Assembly (NCBI RefSeq): GCF_009914755.1
Contig: NC_060926.1
DNA length: 64,000 bases
Direction: 5' to 3' (one strand)
Origin: the human T2T-CHM13v2.0 reference genome, Homo sapiens
This document shows positions 61,429 through 64,000 of this stretch, piece after piece. The notes beneath the pieces are model-generated. The model had not been told where the DNA came from. It saw only the letters and a program-made list of their open reading frames with translations, and ran no database searches. Made by a program: the position numbers and the translations under genes. Each line of letters starts with the position of its first letter. Position 1 is the first letter of the stretch.

Positions 61429-63737
61429 CCCCAGAGAAGCAGATGTGTGAGTCTGCACTGTCCTAGCTACTCCTCCTGGTGCCTCCATCTGCTGAGAACA
61501 TTTCCCAAATTGCATCCACACTTTGAAGTTTCTGTAGAAAGTGACATGAAGCCTCCTCTATACCTTAACTATCTTTCCTTCACGGCATCCCCAGCGGCAC
61601 AGACAGGGCAAACCCTCTCCTGATTGCATTAAGAACAGAGATGATTACACCTACGAAGTCTGAGTTATGGTGTGAGTTGGAATTAATATCATAAAGGAGA
61701 CACCACTCTTGGAATTCCAAGTAGAATTTTTCTTCTAAAAACAGGAATGAGAGTCTAAACTACAGTCTTTAAAAGTCTTGATGGCATGAGAATGAAGATG
61801 CAAATGCAAAAAAGAGGGATTCTCTGGATCTCGCCATGAATCCAGAATGTATCTGCCACTTCAGAAGGTATAATTGCCAATCATGTGGTCCTCAGACATG
61901 TCTGGGAAGCCCAGGTTTGGGGCTGCTGATGCTCTCTGCCTGGAGAACCTGCCTGATTTTCTAAGGCACCTGCTTAACTGTTGACCAGCAAGGGTCCTGT
62001 TCCAAAGAGACCTAGCCAAAGAGAATGATCAGAGTAAAAGGCCAATTCCTTCCAATGCCTTCCTGGCCCCATTTTCCCTGAATCCTCCCTGTTAATTATA
62101 AAAACTCTTTCATGGCTCTTACCTCAGACTCACCGGGCTCCCAACTCTCGGGTTTCCTAGTTCTGCCCTAAACAAGCCTCACACTGTCCTGCCCTTGGAG
62201 CTTTACTCTCACTGCTCCCTCAGGGGTGAGGCTTTTCCCCAGACCCTTGGGTTCCTTCCCTCACTCCCAAAGCCAACCCTGTGCTTCCCATCTTAATGAT
62301 CCCTCTGTATGTGTTCATAGGACACCCTACTCCATGCTTTTGTCAGAAGCACTTTTCGCCTTCTGACTTATGATATAATTTATTTACTTATGATTTTACA
62401 CTTGATAGGCTGACTCCCTCTAGTGGAATTTGAGCTTCATGGGATCAGGGGCCATTGTCTATTATTTGCATTGCTGCATCCCAGTGTAATGGGAGTACCT
62501 GGCAAGCAGTAGGTGCTCAGAGTGGGGCACTCTTCCCAGGAGTCTGCATGTCTAGAAGTCTGGGAGGATTGTAAAGAGTGGATTAAACTGCTTGTTATAT
62601 GGACAATGTTCCCTTTTCCTTTTTTTTATTCATTTTACTTACCCAGTCTTTAGGAAATAAGGAAAATTACAATTCTCAGAACTTATATACTTTGTCTCAA
62701 GTGGTATTTTAGGTTGTATTTCCTGAAAACATACAATAATAATACAACATTATCATACTTAATTGATTATATTATACTAATATGTAATGACATGTAATAT
62801 GTACTATGTAAGTTATAACAATAGTAGATTTATTGACTTTCCATTTAAAAGACAAAACTTACCAGATTATATCAGGAGTCAGATAATTGATATTTCAGGT
62901 TTGTTGGCAAAGAAAGAAAACTGAATACATTACTTAGATACATACATAAGAAAGAAAACACATTTTCACTATTGTTATTAATAATTTTAAATGGAATGTG
63001 ATTTAAAGAGCTTCTCAGCCTGTTCAGGGGAACCTCACTCACCACTACATGTTCACAACTCTGAGGAAAACAAGAAAACCCCAGATAAGATTCTTGTTTC
63101 CATCAGTGGTGTGAACAGAGGTTTTCAAAACTGTTAAAAGGAAAAGAGTCTGAGTCTGTGTGAAAGGCTGTGTTGTGCAGAGTGGAGTGCTCTATAGAAG
63201 AGAAGATACCACCCCCATTTTTCCTGGCCAGGTGGATGCACCATCATCTGTCTGCAGGGAGTGGAATCACACAATGATGAGTCTGAGCCTGGAGTCTGCT
63301 TATCTTTGCAGCTGTGGTCACTCATGCACCCACAGTGCTTGGCCTAACAAAGTGATGTCCTTTACTAGTTCTTCCAAAGAATGGAACGTTTTCAGGGCTC
63401 ATAGAAAAGATGTCTAAGCTGCGAAGGAAAAGTGTGTATAGAAGATGAATTTCTGATCAATGACTTCAGCCAGGTGCAATCATGCAGCAAGGAAGATGAA
63501 TGGGCATGTTGCAGGAAGAAAGAGAAAAAGAAACCATAGGTTTTTATTTTTTCTTTCAAGAGATTTGTACTAAACACCATCTGTCTGAGCCTAGGTTATT
63601 GGTGAGGTAGGAGGACAGGGATTAAATTGTGAGTCCAGAGAGGAGAAGGTCTACCCCCATGCTAAGTCAATAGCCTTTCTGACTTGACCACCTGGGCAGG
63701 GGCTTCTCAATGAAAAGAAGAGGAGGCAGGTGGTCTC

Positions 63738-63820
63738 TGTAGCTGGAAGCTCCGCACCTTCCCATGCTTCTTTGCATGTTCCTCCCAGCCACGCTGGTGT
63801 CCGGAGCCCATATCAATGCC
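63738..63820 (+). promoter_or_regulatory. IGKV3-type promoter remnant
   Basis: TGTAGCTGGAAGCTC pentadecamer-like element, CTTTGCAT octamer variant 63770-63777, CATATCAATGCC box typical of IGKV3 upstream regions. Confidence 0.75.
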
Positions 63821-63870
63821 TAGGTCAGACCTCAGGGGAAGAGCTACTCAATTAGGACCCAGAAAGATTC

Positions 63871-64000
63871 ATGGAAGCCCCAGCTCAGCTTCTCTGTCTC
63901 CTGTTACTCTAGCTCCCAGGTGAGAGGAAGAGGAGATGGCCCTGCACTGAAACTCTCTCAACCTTCTTGGTTCCTCTGACCTGGCATCAATACCTTCTTT
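63871..64000 (+). pseudogene. IGKV3-subgroup pseudogene, leader exon (63871-63919) and start of intron; truncated by window end
   Basis: MEAPAQLLCLLLL*LP with TGG>TAG at 63910-63912; donor G/GTGAGA at 63920. Confidence 0.88.

Noticed and set aside
61063-61623. 186-aa ORF as the real protein
   Set aside because: It starts in the intron and runs through the RSS; the true gene is the spliced 60924-60978 + 61103-61400.

Overview
Primate, almost certainly human, genomic DNA that is mostly non-coding and rich in repeats: Alu, L1, MIR/L2, MaLR/ERV LTRs, hAT and Tigger DNA-transposon relics, and microsatellites. The only real genes form a small immunoglobulin kappa V cluster in the last ~4.5 kb. (1) An intact IGKV1 gene with promoter, leader, intron and a perfect 12-RSS (60924-61428); I recognise its protein as the orphon IGKV1OR2-108 (chr2q, PAX8 side). 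(2) A heavily decayed V-kappa relic on the minus strand, head-to-head with it (~59515-60002), which is not obvious from the ORF track. (3) The promoter and stop-containing leader exon of an IGKV3-type pseudogene, cut by the window end. The left ~47 kb looks like gene-free regulatory DNA and ends in a tandem pair of CTCF motifs. My best interpretation (inference) is that this is the ancestral PAX8-proximal edge of the IGK locus, separated from J-C by an inversion. I see no evidence of a genuinely new biological system. Repeat subfamily names are by-eye assignments and the boundaries of old repeats are approximate.
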